DNA of 64,000 bases from an uncultured virus (IMG/VR IMGVR_UViG_3300030104_003374) (IMGVR_UViG_3300030104_003374), one strand, 5' to 3'; positions 38,744 through 50,000 are shown, counted from the stretch's first letter. Notes: generated from the letters alone by a model not told the origin. Made by a program: numbers and translations.

Positions 38744-41139
38744 TGAAAAGGAAATTTAGTCAACATATAAGAAAAGGTTTACCAGGAGGAGCTAATGAAC
38801 TTAATAAGTTTACTAGAGGTGTAATTTCTACAGAAGGTTATAGAAGTGATAGTCGTGATAAAGATAATCCAGTTAATGTAATTAACTCAAGTAGTATAAC
38901 AATGACAGAGAGTGATGGAGAACCTTTAAAAAAAGGACCTTTATTTGGTATGGATAATTTAGGTAATAAACAACTAATGATGCCTGGTTTTGATTATCAA
39001 TTTCCAGGTAGTCAAGTTCTTGAAATACCAATGGCTGAAGAAGGAATAATTGTAGAAGCATCTGAAGGAGAAATAGAAATGTATAAAAGAGGTGGTTATG
39101 TAGTAGAAGAGTTACCAAATAAGGAAGGTGAATGTATAGGATGTTTAGATAAAAAACAAAAAGGAGATGCAGGTATGCCTGAATGTCCCGGAGGTTCTAA
39201 ATATGATTTTAAACTAAAATCTTGTGTTTGTCCAGCCAATACTAAATGGGATGGAGAAAATTGTGTTCAAGATATAAAAGAAACTACTATATATCAAAAA
39301 CAAGAAAGTAGATTAAAGCAACTTAAGTTAATGGATAAGCTTAAACTTCTTAAACAAGCTTATAAACAATTTCACAACAAAGGCGGATTTGGTAATATAA
39401 TTCTAGATGTAGATGATAAAACTGATAAGATACCTAAGCTTCAAAAGTTAGTTGATTTATATAAAAAAGAATTAAAAGATGTAGAAAGACAACATGCTCC
39501 TGGTTTTTTAGCATTAAAGAAATTAAAACAAGCGTATCCTGATAAATATAAAAACTTTACGCTTGCAGATGTATATGCTCCTCAAACTTTTGAAGAGTTA
39601 AGAGGATTATTTAAAGAAGGAAAACTTGGAAAAAACTCAGCGCATAATGAGCATTATTGGAGATACTTTGGTGAAACTCTTGGAAGAGACTTTGATCAAA
39701 ATGTAGCTAAAGGAACAGGACCCAATGCTACATATAGTGCTAAAGAGGCAAAAGACAATTGGATATATGATGCACAAGGATTTACTGAGGGATTAGGTAC
39801 TGCTGTAAATGCTTTAATGTTGGGTACAGCTACACTACCTTTAGGTGGATCAGGAGCAGCATTTGGAAGAGTTGCTGCTCCTGCTGCAAGAGCAGTAGGA
39901 AGAGGAGCTATGACTGTATTAAAAAATCCTTATGTTCGAGGTGCTTTAACAGGATATGGTCTTATACAAGTTCCAAGATATGCTAAAGGAGCTTATGATG
40001 CTTATAACAAAGATGATTGGCGAGGAGTGGCTGAAAATGTAGGAGGTGCAGCTATTAGTCTTGCTCCGGGGGCTATATTTAAAAATACTGGAAAAGTACT
40101 TACAGGTACAGGTAGAGCGCTAGTAAATGCCTTTGGAAAAGAAGCTGGTGCAGCGACTAAATATGCAGGTAATTTGATCACTAGTCCTTTAAGAAGAATA
40201 CCAGACTTTAAAGTTTTAGGATTAAATGTTCCTGGATATAGTAATTTTGCTTCAGGCGTTTCAAAGTTTTCAAATAAAACTAGGTCAGTACCAGGACTTC
40301 CTAATCTTAACTATAATTTAAAATTTTTAGATGATGCTATTGGTGCAGGAGCAGCTAAGCCTACATGGAATCCTTTGACAGGAGCAAAAAATATTCTAGG
40401 TAGTATGTATACAACTGGAAAAGCTCTTGCATTACCTACTACAGCTCTTACAGTAGGAAGTACACTAGGACAGGGATCAAATATAAGTTTAGATCAGGTA
40501 GGAACAATTACTTCAAAAAGTCTTGATATTGTTAATCCTATAAATAAACTAAAAGGTTTAAGTTTTCTATCCAATAATCCAATTGTAGAAAAGTATGGTT
40601 TAGCAGGTCTTCACTGGTTGGGACGAGAAGGTAAAGATATATATAAAGGTGTTACTAAACAGCTTCAAGGAGATACAGATGCTGCAATTGTAAAATATTT
40701 ACAAGCTGTTGCAGGAAGTAAAAACACAGCTGAATATCTTTTAAAAAATAATAAGAAGGCAGTTACAGATTATGTTCATGATGTTAGATTACATCCTAAA
40801 AATCTATTTAATCCTATAACTAAACCATGGAATCAATTCTGGGAACCATTAAATAAGCCATTTAAATATGACTTAAAACAACAATTTCCTGTAATTAAAA
40901 CAGATCCTGATGGAAGGGTTATTGATTCTGATATTCAGACAACAAAACAATTAGATGTTTTAGATGTTGATGCACCCAAAAATCCAGTCATGGCAGGAAA
41001 TTATGGTTATGATAGTGATAAATTTAAACTTGATAATAGTAACATACATTTAGAAAAAGGTGGTGTAGTAGAAACAGAACTTACACAAAGAGAAATAGAC
41101 ATGTTGAGAATGGGTGGATATATAGTAGAAGAAATGTAA
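38743..41139 (+). CDS. internal cargo/ejection protein
   Basis: 798 aa; N-domain ITM..G.DNLG..MMPG.DY.FPG; Ala/Gly hydrophobic helices; xxxGG motifs. Confidence 0.55.
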   Translation: MKRKFSQHIRKGLPGGANELNKFTRGVISTEGYRSDSRDKDNPVNVINSSSITMTESDGEPLKKGPLFGMDNLGNKQLMMPGFDYQFPGSQVLEIPMAEEGIIVEASEGEIEMYKRGGYVVEELPNKEGECIGCLDKKQKGDAGMPECPGGSKYDFKLKSCVCPANTKWDGENCVQDIKETTIYQKQESRLKQLKLMDKLKLLKQAYKQFHNKGGFGNIILDVDDKTDKIPKLQKLVDLYKKELKDVERQHAPGFLALKKLKQAYPDKYKNFTLADVYAPQTFEELRGLFKEGKLGKNSAHNEHYWRYFGETLGRDFDQNVAKGTGPNATYSAKEAKDNWIYDAQGFTEGLGTAVNALMLGTATLPLGGSGAAFGRVAAPAARAVGRGAMTVLKNPYVRGALTGYGLIQVPRYAKGAYDAYNKDDWRGVAENVGGAAISLAPGAIFKNTGKVLTGTGRALVNAFGKEAGAATKYAGNLITSPLRRIPDFKVLGLNVPGYSNFASGVSKFSNKTRSVPGLPNLNYNLKFLDDAIGAGAAKPTWNPLTGAKNILGSMYTTGKALALPTTALTVGSTLGQGSNISLDQVGTITSKSLDIVNPINKLKGLSFLSNNPIVEKYGLAGLHWLGREGKDIYKGVTKQLQGDTDAAIVKYLQAVAGSKNTAEYLLKNNKKAVTDYVHDVRLHPKNLFNPITKPWNQFWEPLNKPFKYDLKQQFPVIKTDPDGRVIDSDIQTTKQLDVLDVDAPKNPVMAGNYGYDSDKFKLDNSNIHLEKGGVVETELTQREIDMLRMGGYIVEEM

Positions 41140-41168
41140 ACATTATATGTTTAAACAATAAATTAAAT

Positions 41169-41180
41169 TTTAGTATATTT
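41169..41180 (+). promoter_or_regulatory. variant late promoter motif (TTTAGTATATTT)
   Basis: downstream of palindrome 41137-41153, upstream of ATG 41197. Confidence 0.5.
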
Positions 41181-41196
41181 AATAATAAGCTAAGTT

Positions 41197-44100
41197 ATGG
41201 CAAAGAAAAAAGTAAGGATATATAAAGCACCAAATGGTAAAGGTGAATATAAAAGTAAATTAAAAAACTTTTTATATATGGCACAGCCAGGAGTTGCTGT
41301 TGAAAATCAACAATTATCAAAAAATGCTGAAAATCAGTTATTACAATATATAACTGATTCAATAGAACTTGAAGGTACTGAAGTTGAAGTAATTTATCAA
41401 AGTTTATTAGAGCAGGGAATGAATCCTCAGCAAGCTCAATTTTATATTGGAGTTGCTATGGAAGATATTAATATGACCAAAGCACAAAATAAAAATGATG
41501 AAGGAGATTCTCAAGTAGATGAAACTGCAGAAATGATTCAGGCTCAATTAGATGAAGAAGAAAGACTTAATGAGGAAGCTATGGATAAAGCTCAAACTGA
41601 AGAGCTTGCTAAAAGTCTTGAACAAGAAAGTCAAATTGCCAATCAACAAGATCTAGATATGGCTAATGAATTATTCTTTGAAGATGAGCAACAAGTTGTT
41701 GAACAACGTCCAGAAGGTCCTTTGCGAGAAGATGGTTCATTTAAGTTAGGTGGTGAAAAAGAATATATAAAAAGAGGTTTAAAGAATTTTAAATATGCAC
41801 CCGGAGGAGAAGAAATAAATGATCAAACACCTGGTGCTATAAATCAAGAAGTTGGTAAAAGAGAAATTCAAAAGAATAATCTTATTAATTATTCTCAAAG
41901 CAATGTTGCAAAGAAAGAAGAAGAAGAAAGATTAAAAACTGAATATGCCAATATGGTTGCTGCACAGCAACAAAAAATGTATAATGCTCCTATGACAGGA
42001 GAAACTATTGATATAACAAATATGCAAGAAGGTATGGAATATGCTAGATTAGGTAGTGCAGGAAGTCAACGTAGACTTTTAAGAAAAGCTATGAAACCTA
42101 TGAGAAAAATGATGAGACGTGGTATGATGCCAGGAGTTACTCATATGGATGTAAGAAAGAGTGGTATCTTTGGACCAAAAGAATATAGTCTTGACTTTGA
42201 TCCTAACGTGTATGCTCAAATGATGACTCCTTATTTTACTCAACTTGCTGGTATGATGGGAGGAATGAGTGGAGGTTTTCCAGGATTTCAATCACGTAAG
42301 ATTACAAAAAGATATCCTATAGTAGATGCAGCTAAAACTGTTAATAAAGAAAATACTAAGAGCGATAAAGAACTTGAAGAAGGATACATGAGTGAGGATC
42401 CTATGCCAATGGAAACTAAAAGAAATTATTTGACAAGAACCGGTAGAGGTGATCAAGTAAAATTCTTTTCAGAAGAAGATTTAGAAACTACATGGGATGA
42501 TCAGTATATTGACCCTACTAATAGAGGAGATGCTGATGCTGATGCTGATGGTCAAACTGGACAATGGGTTAACTCATCCGCTTTATATGGTGATGGTACT
42601 ATGCATGGTACTATATTAGAAAGTAGAGATGGAACAAAAGGAACTCTACCAAATGGACAGGAGGTAGACGTAGTAACAGATGAGATGATAAAAGAAAGAA
42701 CACGTAAATTATTATATGGAAATGTTCAAGCAGGAGGTTTTGCTGATTCATCTAATCCTGACCTAACTAAATTTGTATATGGTGGTGATGAAGATATGTA
42801 TAGAGAAGGAGGCTTTCCTGATTTAACGGGTGATGGTAAAGTTACTCAAGCTGATATCTTAAAAGGTAGAGGTGTATATGAATATGGTGGTGAAATAGAA
42901 GATATTCCTATGGCACAAAGAGGTATTTTTGCTAATAGAATTGGAGGTTTATTTAGCAATATAAATCCTATATCCCGTTTTGCTGGATATAGACCAACTA
43001 GTGGATACTACAATAGAAGTACTGGTATGCCGTTTGCTATGCCATCTGGAGTAAACCCTTATGTAAAGAATGTAGATGTAACTAAATCAGGAATATTTGG
43101 TAGACCTAAAAGATATAGTGTAACATATGGTTATGGTAATAATAGTGGTAGTAATACTAGTTCAACACCTAGACAAGAAATTAAATTAAATGATACTGCT
43201 AATACAACTGCTAACACTTCTAAAAATGTAACTATTGATGCACCAGAAGAAATTGATACTAGATCTAGATTTGAAAAAAAGACTGACAGATTAATAAACA
43301 GAAAACAAAGAAGAAAGGATAGAAAAGAAGATAGAGAAGAAAGAAGAGAGGATAGACAAGATAACAGAAGAGACAGAAGAGAGGAAAGAAAGTATGAAAG
43401 AAATAGAAGAAAATCTATAAGACAGGGACTAGGAGATCCGGGATCTTACGCAGCACAACAACAAGCTATAGATACTTATGTAGATCCTGTTATAGAAGGT
43501 ACAGAAGAGGCAAACATGATGGCTAATGATCCTAGTGAATTGCAAGAAAGGCTTAATCAACCTGTTGGTGATCCTTATGCAAATGAAATAACAACAATGC
43601 AACCTAGACCAGGGGGTAGCTCTGTTGGAGAAATAAGACTAGATAATAAAACAACAAATAATGCACCTATTGCTGACGCAATGGAAATGCGTCCTTATGA
43701 TGGAATAGGTAAATCTATATTTAATGAAGGGGTTCCTCCTATTATGTATGGTGATAAATATGATAATAGAGTTTATGACTATGGTTCTTCGACACCTGAA
43801 AATCCTGCACCACGTCTTATGGGTGATGATAATATTACATTTAACCCGACAGGAACAGGCATGCCTACATTACAAAATAAAAATCCTGAACTACAAAGAT
43901 TTACTAATCAAAGAGGTGCTCCTAGCAACACTACACAAATGGGTCTTATGGAACAAGGAGTTAATGCAGCAATGGATTACTATAAAAATAATCCTAATCC
44001 GAGACCTACTCCTAGTAATACTTCACAGCTTGGACTTATGGAACAAGGTGTAAACGCAGCTCAACAATATTTTGCAGAAAATCCTGACCCTACTTTTGTT

Positions 44101-44220
44101 ACAGAGCAGCCAAGCTGGGCTAAAGCTTATGGAGGTCCAATAGTTGGAGATGAAGTTGAAATGACTGAAGAAGAACTTGAAAGATTTATACTAGGTGGAG
44201 GAGTAGTTGAATACATATAA
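41197..44220 (+). CDS. low-complexity internal cargo protein
   Basis: 1007 aa, Met/Gly/Gln-rich, many xxxGG motifs, internal repeats, R/D/E helix. Confidence 0.55.
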   Translation: MAKKKVRIYKAPNGKGEYKSKLKNFLYMAQPGVAVENQQLSKNAENQLLQYITDSIELEGTEVEVIYQSLLEQGMNPQQAQFYIGVAMEDINMTKAQNKNDEGDSQVDETAEMIQAQLDEEERLNEEAMDKAQTEELAKSLEQESQIANQQDLDMANELFFEDEQQVVEQRPEGPLREDGSFKLGGEKEYIKRGLKNFKYAPGGEEINDQTPGAINQEVGKREIQKNNLINYSQSNVAKKEEEERLKTEYANMVAAQQQKMYNAPMTGETIDITNMQEGMEYARLGSAGSQRRLLRKAMKPMRKMMRRGMMPGVTHMDVRKSGIFGPKEYSLDFDPNVYAQMMTPYFTQLAGMMGGMSGGFPGFQSRKITKRYPIVDAAKTVNKENTKSDKELEEGYMSEDPMPMETKRNYLTRTGRGDQVKFFSEEDLETTWDDQYIDPTNRGDADADADGQTGQWVNSSALYGDGTMHGTILESRDGTKGTLPNGQEVDVVTDEMIKERTRKLLYGNVQAGGFADSSNPDLTKFVYGGDEDMYREGGFPDLTGDGKVTQADILKGRGVYEYGGEIEDIPMAQRGIFANRIGGLFSNINPISRFAGYRPTSGYYNRSTGMPFAMPSGVNPYVKNVDVTKSGIFGRPKRYSVTYGYGNNSGSNTSSTPRQEIKLNDTANTTANTSKNVTIDAPEEIDTRSRFEKKTDRLINRKQRRKDRKEDREERREDRQDNRRDRREERKYERNRRKSIRQGLGDPGSYAAQQQAIDTYVDPVIEGTEEANMMANDPSELQERLNQPVGDPYANEITTMQPRPGGSSVGEIRLDNKTTNNAPIADAMEMRPYDGIGKSIFNEGVPPIMYGDKYDNRVYDYGSSTPENPAPRLMGDDNITFNPTGTGMPTLQNKNPELQRFTNQRGAPSNTTQMGLMEQGVNAAMDYYKNNPNPRPTPSNTSQLGLMEQGVNAAQQYFAENPDPTFVTEQPSWAKAYGGPIVGDEVEMTEEELERFILGGGVVEYI

Positions 44221-44229
44221 ACTAATATT

Positions 44230-47025
44230 ATGAATAAGCGTAAAGTAAGAATAAAAAAATTACCAAATACTAAACGTAAAGTAAGGATAATAAAAAATCC
44301 TTCTACAGATTATACTTTACCTAGTAATGTAGGATATGCTGGAGCAGTGTACCCTGTATTTGCTTATGGAGGTTACTTACCTATACACCAAACTCAAGGA
44401 GTAGTAGGAGGTGTAAATACTCCTCATGATAAAAGTATAGTAGGAGCACTAACAGGTAACTTAGGTAATCCAATAGATATTCAAGCTCAAGATAATATTA
44501 CATTTAATCCTACTGGTACTGGTATGCCTACTAATCCTTATGCTTTAGATGGTTATACATCTACTGGAGTTAATACCGGAGAAGATCCTTCATATATGAC
44601 TAATATAAAGATTAGTGATTCTGCAATTGATGAACAAGAAGAAAAAATGCAAGATGAAGAAGAAAGTGGTGAGTATACTCAAGACTTTAGAGCTGTAAGA
44701 GATTTTGATGGGAATGCTTATAATTTAAAAGTAAATAGATTTAAAAATATTGGATCAGGAATAAAAGAAAGAAAAGATGAAGGTGAGGTTATGGCCGCCT
44801 TTAATGCTGGTAATTATGATAGATCTAGTAAAGATGAAGGTTCTGATACTTTAGATCCAGGAGATTATCAAAGTAATACTGGTGACTTTAGACTAGATAG
44901 TAAAGGTCCTAAGTATCTTGGTAGAAATGTAATGGGTCAAGGACAAATGGGAGGATCTTTACCTAAAGCTCAAACTGGTCTTCAAGGTAAAGCAAAAAAG
45001 AAATATGATCAAGGAGTAGTTACCCGTACTAAGGATAAGTCAAGAGTTAAGAATATGACTAAACTAGAAGGTACAGACAATGTTTACTATACTGGTAAAG
45101 AAGGTACAGGTAGAGAAATTAAAAGAAGTTCTGGCACTTCTAAATTTCAAGGAACAGATGATCAGTACTCTAAAAACATTTGTGAGGCCATGAAGAATGG
45201 TGTTTATAAAAATGTAACTGCTGAAGAAATGGCTAAGAAAGGTAAGATAAGTACAGGACGTATTGCAGAATTTAAAGCTTGTGAAAATATAGAACCGGAT
45301 AAAGTTGATGTTGTTGAAATATTTGAAGAAGAAGTAACAACTGATGATACTCCAAAAACTACTGAAAATTGTAATTGTCCTAATGATGCGGAAGGTGAAG
45401 CAACAGGTACTATAGTTACTAATGAAGACGGTACTGAAGAATGTGAATGTGAAGAAACCACAACAGATGGAATGGCTCCTAAACAGTATAGTGAACCAGG
45501 TTATCTTTTGCAAGATAGTATGGGTACAACTAATGCTGCTATTAATAAAAGTAAGCTTAAAACATTCTTGCCTACACTGAATCAAGTAGATCTTAAAGAA
45601 AAAGAAGGTGTCTTTTTAGATGATTTGGAAGCACAACGTAGAAATCAAGCTTTAACACAAGCAACACAAGATGTAATAGGTAGTCAAGCAGGTAATAATA
45701 CTAGTAGATTAATTGCTACACAAGCTGCTGCTGCGGATAACGCTGCTAAAATTGCTGGTGATGTAGCAAATAAAAATGTTCAAATAGCAGGTAATATTTT
45801 AGCAAGTAATGTTGACACTGACAATAAAGAGACAATGTTGAATGCTCAAAATAGAAAGCAGTATATAGATGATTATACTAGATCAATGCAAGCAGGAATA
45901 AATGCTGACATAGCTTATAGTGGTGCATTAACAGCTAAGCAACAGCAAGCTTTAGATACTAAGTGGAAGATTGATACAATGAATCAACGAGATGAACAGT
46001 TTAATATGGACCCTGTTGCTGGTGGAAGAGTCTATGGTACTGGTGTAGAAAGAGCTCCTTCTCCTGAAAGACCAACTGATTTAACAGACTCACTAGAAAA
46101 GTATGGTAGGTATGTAGACGATGATGCTGCAGTTAGACTTGCTATTTATGAAGATAAGAAAAGAGCTGGTCAACAAGGATATGGTGGAAATGATCTTTCT
46201 GGATTTATGGGCATGTATAACCGAGGTAACCGAAGTAGCCAAAAAGGTGGTCCAATATATGAACATGGTGGACAGCATAAAATGCCTTTTGGCACTACTA
46301 ATGTAAATCAAATACTTCCTCCTGGGTATTCTGATTATTATAACGGAGGTGATGTTGTACCTAATGCTAGTCAAACTACTAGAACTATAGGAGCTGTCCC
46401 AAGAGAAGATGCTAACTTAGAAGCTGAAGGTGGAGAAGTTGTTTATGGAGATATTAATGGAGATACTTTTCCTGAAGTTAATACTATAGTAGGTCCTAGA
46501 CATGCTCAAGGAGGAGTTCCTTTAAATCTTCCAGATGATACATTTATATTTAGTGATTATAAAACAGGAGGTATGAAAATATCAGATCCTGAAATATTAA
46601 AAATGTTTGGTAAATCTGGAAAGAAGAAAAAAGGTAGTCGTAAAAAACCTTCATACACTCCTGCTGAATTAGCTAAGCAATATGATATTAATAAATATAG
46701 AGCTATACTTGAAGATCCTAACTCAGATAACATTAGTAGAAGAACAGCTGAACTAATGATTGAAAATTATAATATGAAGTTGGGAGGTTTAGCAATTGCT
46801 CAAGAATCATCAAAAGGTTTTCCACAAGGTATACCTATGGTAGCTAGACCATATATGGAAGCTAATGGTATTTCTGAAGAAGATCTGATACCACCTCCGC
46901 CACAAGAACAAATGGCTATGCAAGGAGGACAGATTATGCCTCAGCAACCAATGACTGGTGCACCAGAAATGTCTCAAGAAATGCCTCAACAAGGTATGAT
47001 GAGATATGGGGGATGGCGCTATTAA
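44230..47025 (+). CDS. internal cargo protein with EAEGGE..GPRHAQGGV domain
   Basis: 931 aa; NLEAEGGEV..GPRHAQGGVPLNLP..FIFSD domain at ~46414-46560. Confidence 0.6.
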   Translation: MNKRKVRIKKLPNTKRKVRIIKNPSTDYTLPSNVGYAGAVYPVFAYGGYLPIHQTQGVVGGVNTPHDKSIVGALTGNLGNPIDIQAQDNITFNPTGTGMPTNPYALDGYTSTGVNTGEDPSYMTNIKISDSAIDEQEEKMQDEEESGEYTQDFRAVRDFDGNAYNLKVNRFKNIGSGIKERKDEGEVMAAFNAGNYDRSSKDEGSDTLDPGDYQSNTGDFRLDSKGPKYLGRNVMGQGQMGGSLPKAQTGLQGKAKKKYDQGVVTRTKDKSRVKNMTKLEGTDNVYYTGKEGTGREIKRSSGTSKFQGTDDQYSKNICEAMKNGVYKNVTAEEMAKKGKISTGRIAEFKACENIEPDKVDVVEIFEEEVTTDDTPKTTENCNCPNDAEGEATGTIVTNEDGTEECECEETTTDGMAPKQYSEPGYLLQDSMGTTNAAINKSKLKTFLPTLNQVDLKEKEGVFLDDLEAQRRNQALTQATQDVIGSQAGNNTSRLIATQAAAADNAAKIAGDVANKNVQIAGNILASNVDTDNKETMLNAQNRKQYIDDYTRSMQAGINADIAYSGALTAKQQQALDTKWKIDTMNQRDEQFNMDPVAGGRVYGTGVERAPSPERPTDLTDSLEKYGRYVDDDAAVRLAIYEDKKRAGQQGYGGNDLSGFMGMYNRGNRSSQKGGPIYEHGGQHKMPFGTTNVNQILPPGYSDYYNGGDVVPNASQTTRTIGAVPREDANLEAEGGEVVYGDINGDTFPEVNTIVGPRHAQGGVPLNLPDDTFIFSDYKTGGMKISDPEILKMFGKSGKKKKGSRKKPSYTPAELAKQYDINKYRAILEDPNSDNISRRTAELMIENYNMKLGGLAIAQESSKGFPQGIPMVARPYMEANGISEEDLIPPPPQEQMAMQGGQIMPQQPMTGAPEMSQEMPQQGMMRYGGWRY

Positions 47026-47054
47026 ACTTATAATGTTTATTAAACTTATAAAAT

Positions 47055-47066
47055 TTTAATATATTT
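47055..47066 (+). promoter_or_regulatory. variant late promoter motif (TTTAATATATTT)
   Basis: same spacing from palindrome (47023-47039) as at 41137-41180. Confidence 0.4.
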
Positions 47067-47088
47067 ATAACATAAGAAAAGATTAACA

Positions 47089-50000
47089 ATGGCAACGTAT
47101 TTACAGGGTGTAACAGATTTTATTCCGCAGTATCAACCATATACTCCGGATTTAAACTTTTTTGATCAAGCTTTAAAGACAAAACAAAATCAATATGATA
47201 GTAACTGGAAACAGTTAAATAAAATCTATGGTCAATATTATTATGCTGATTTAACTAGAGATGGTAATATTAAAAAGAAAGATGAATTAGTTAAAAATAT
47301 TGACTTTAACCTGAGAAGAATATCCGGTATGGATTTATCATTACAAAGTAATGTTGACCAAGCTGTTCAAGTGTTTACTCCTTTCTATGAAGATAATGCT
47401 CTTATGAAAGATATGGCTTGGACAAAAAACTGGAACTCAGAAAACGGTAGAGCTGAAAGTTTAAGAACTGCATATAATCCTGAAAAAAGAAAAGAGTATT
47501 GGAATACTGGACAAAAATACTTACAATATAAAAGAGAAGAGTTTAAAAATGCTTCTGATGATGCAGCAATGAGTATGGGTTCACCTGTATATACTCCTTA
47601 TTTAAATGTTCAAGATGAAGCTAGAAAGATTGCTAAAGAAGCAGGTCTTTCTATGGAAACTTTTAAGTTTAGTAAAGATGGTAGATTTATTATTACTACT
47701 AAAAACGGTCAACAGTTACAAAGACCATTATCAATGTTATTTGAAAACTCATTAGGTAATGATCCCCGTGTACAAGAGATTTATAAAACTCAATCTTATG
47801 TTAACCGTAAAGATTATGCAAAAGGAAATGCTGCTGAATTTGATGGAGATGAGGCTGCTGCAGAAATGAAGTACTTAGAAAATAATTATAACGTACTAAA
47901 AAGAAATCAACAAAAATATTATAACTCTCTTGTTACTACAGAGAATGAATATGATAAAGCAATTGCTGATCTTCAACAAAAAGTTAAAGCTAATAAAGCT
48001 AGCCCTAAAGAAGTTATTAAGTTACAAGATTTAGAATATAATAGAAAAGTAAATAATGATGCTAAGACTAGAATTGAAAAAGAATATGAAGATTTTAAAA
48101 ATGGTTCTAGTACAGCAACTACAACATCAGGATTTCAGAATCCTTATGCGGATATAAACACATTAAGATTTAAAGTAGATGCTGGTGTTGCTTCATCATT
48201 AATGAGAAAAGATTTAGGAGAAGCTGCTCAAATACATTCCATGAAAGGAATGAGACAAACTATTAAGCAAAATCCTTATGAAGTTCTACGCCAACGACAT
48301 GCAAATAGTATGGCTCAAATAAGTGCAAGAGGAAAAATACAAAGAGATAACATTAAGTATAATAATGATAGGAAACAAGCATTAGCAGAGCAGAAGTTCC
48401 TTACAAGTATAGGTGCTATTGAACCTGTTGTAAAAAAATATAAAGTAATTAGAGGTAAAGACGGTCAACCTGTTAAACTCTTTGAGGGACAATCTTATGA
48501 AGGAATAGATTATAAAGGGATTCCTGTACAAGAACAAGTTGGAATACAAGGTTATGTACCTACTGAAAATAATGTAAGAACTAAAAAAGGAGCTAAAGGT
48601 ACTACTATTGCAGATGAAAGCGGAAGGGCTAAAATAGAATCAAAAAAAGAATTTATTAAACAAACTGAACTGATTCCAATGTATAAACAAATGAATCAGT
48701 TGTTAACTAACAAACTTCCTGCGCTTTCTGCAAATAATAAAATGTCTCAAGAAAAATATAAGGAGCTAACAGAAGGAGCTAAAATAAGTAAACTTTTAGA
48801 ACAAAATACAGATGCATCTTATGAACAATTAGCTAGAATATATAATAATGTTAATAAGTGGAATTCTAAAAATGATCAGATTTTAACCGATGGTTCACAG
48901 TTTCCAGATTTATTTAATAGTGGAAAAGCTATACAACTTAATACAGCTGAGCAAGTTAGAAATGATGTTCATGACTATTATGCAAAATTTAATGATAGCG
49001 CTGGTATAAGATCATTATTCACTGGTTTAAATAACGAAGCACAAGAAGCACTTAAAATTGGAAACAGAGCACTTTTTGAATCTGCAATGAGAAACCAAGG
49101 GGGTATAGATAAATTAGGAAGTACTGCTGGTCAAGATTTTAGTCAAGGTTCTTTGGCTATAGGTGCTGATGGTAAAGTTTATGTAGAAACTAGTCAGGCT
49201 GTTAGAGAAGCAGGTATGGGTTCTGGACTTGTTTCTTTATGGAAAAAAGGCATGAGAGAATTCAATAAGCTAAGTGATGCAGATTCTGATTGGCAAATTA
49301 AAGATGAAGCTTTTGGATTTGATGTAGATCTACTTGGTGTTGGTAAAAGAATGGCAGATGGTAGATATATGGAAGATGCTGTAGATGCTTTTGATTATTA
49401 TCAACAAAGATACAGAAAACTTAACGAAGCTAATAATGGTGAAGGTGGAGTGATGCCTATATTTAAAAACATGGGACAATTTTCTGATCCTAATAATTTA
49501 TATTCAGAAGGAATGAGTGTAATAGATGTTAGAGGAAGTGGTTATGGTGAGGGTGGAAGAGCCTGGGATAACTTTAAAACAGGTGATTGGACTAAGTTTG
49601 ATAACGCTACTTGGAGATTTTCTATAAATGGTGAAGATGCAAAAAGTTATAAAGACTTTAGTCCTAGTCAAAAATTTAGTGATCTTACTAAAGGTATGGC
49701 TATAACTAATGCATGGATTGATTACCAAGAGAAAAAGAAAGTTGATTTTGAATTTGGATTTAATCCTATTGTAGAAAGCTCTGGTTTAAGAGAAGGTGTT
49801 AATATACAAATGGATCCTGAGTTTATTAAATCTATTACAGCTTCAAATAAAGAAGGAACTAATGGTATAGTAACTCAAGCAGAAGCACAACTATTACTAG
49901 CAAACGGTATGAGTATATCTGCACCAAATAACACATTTAATAATGATCTTGCAATAGGAAGTAAAATAGACCCTGTAGATTATGCTATAAGAAAAGCAGG

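Noticed and set aside
43828..44532. Diversity-generating retroelement TR/VR pair
   Set aside because: Only 42 bp, differences all synonymous and not adenine-specific, no reverse transcriptase in the window
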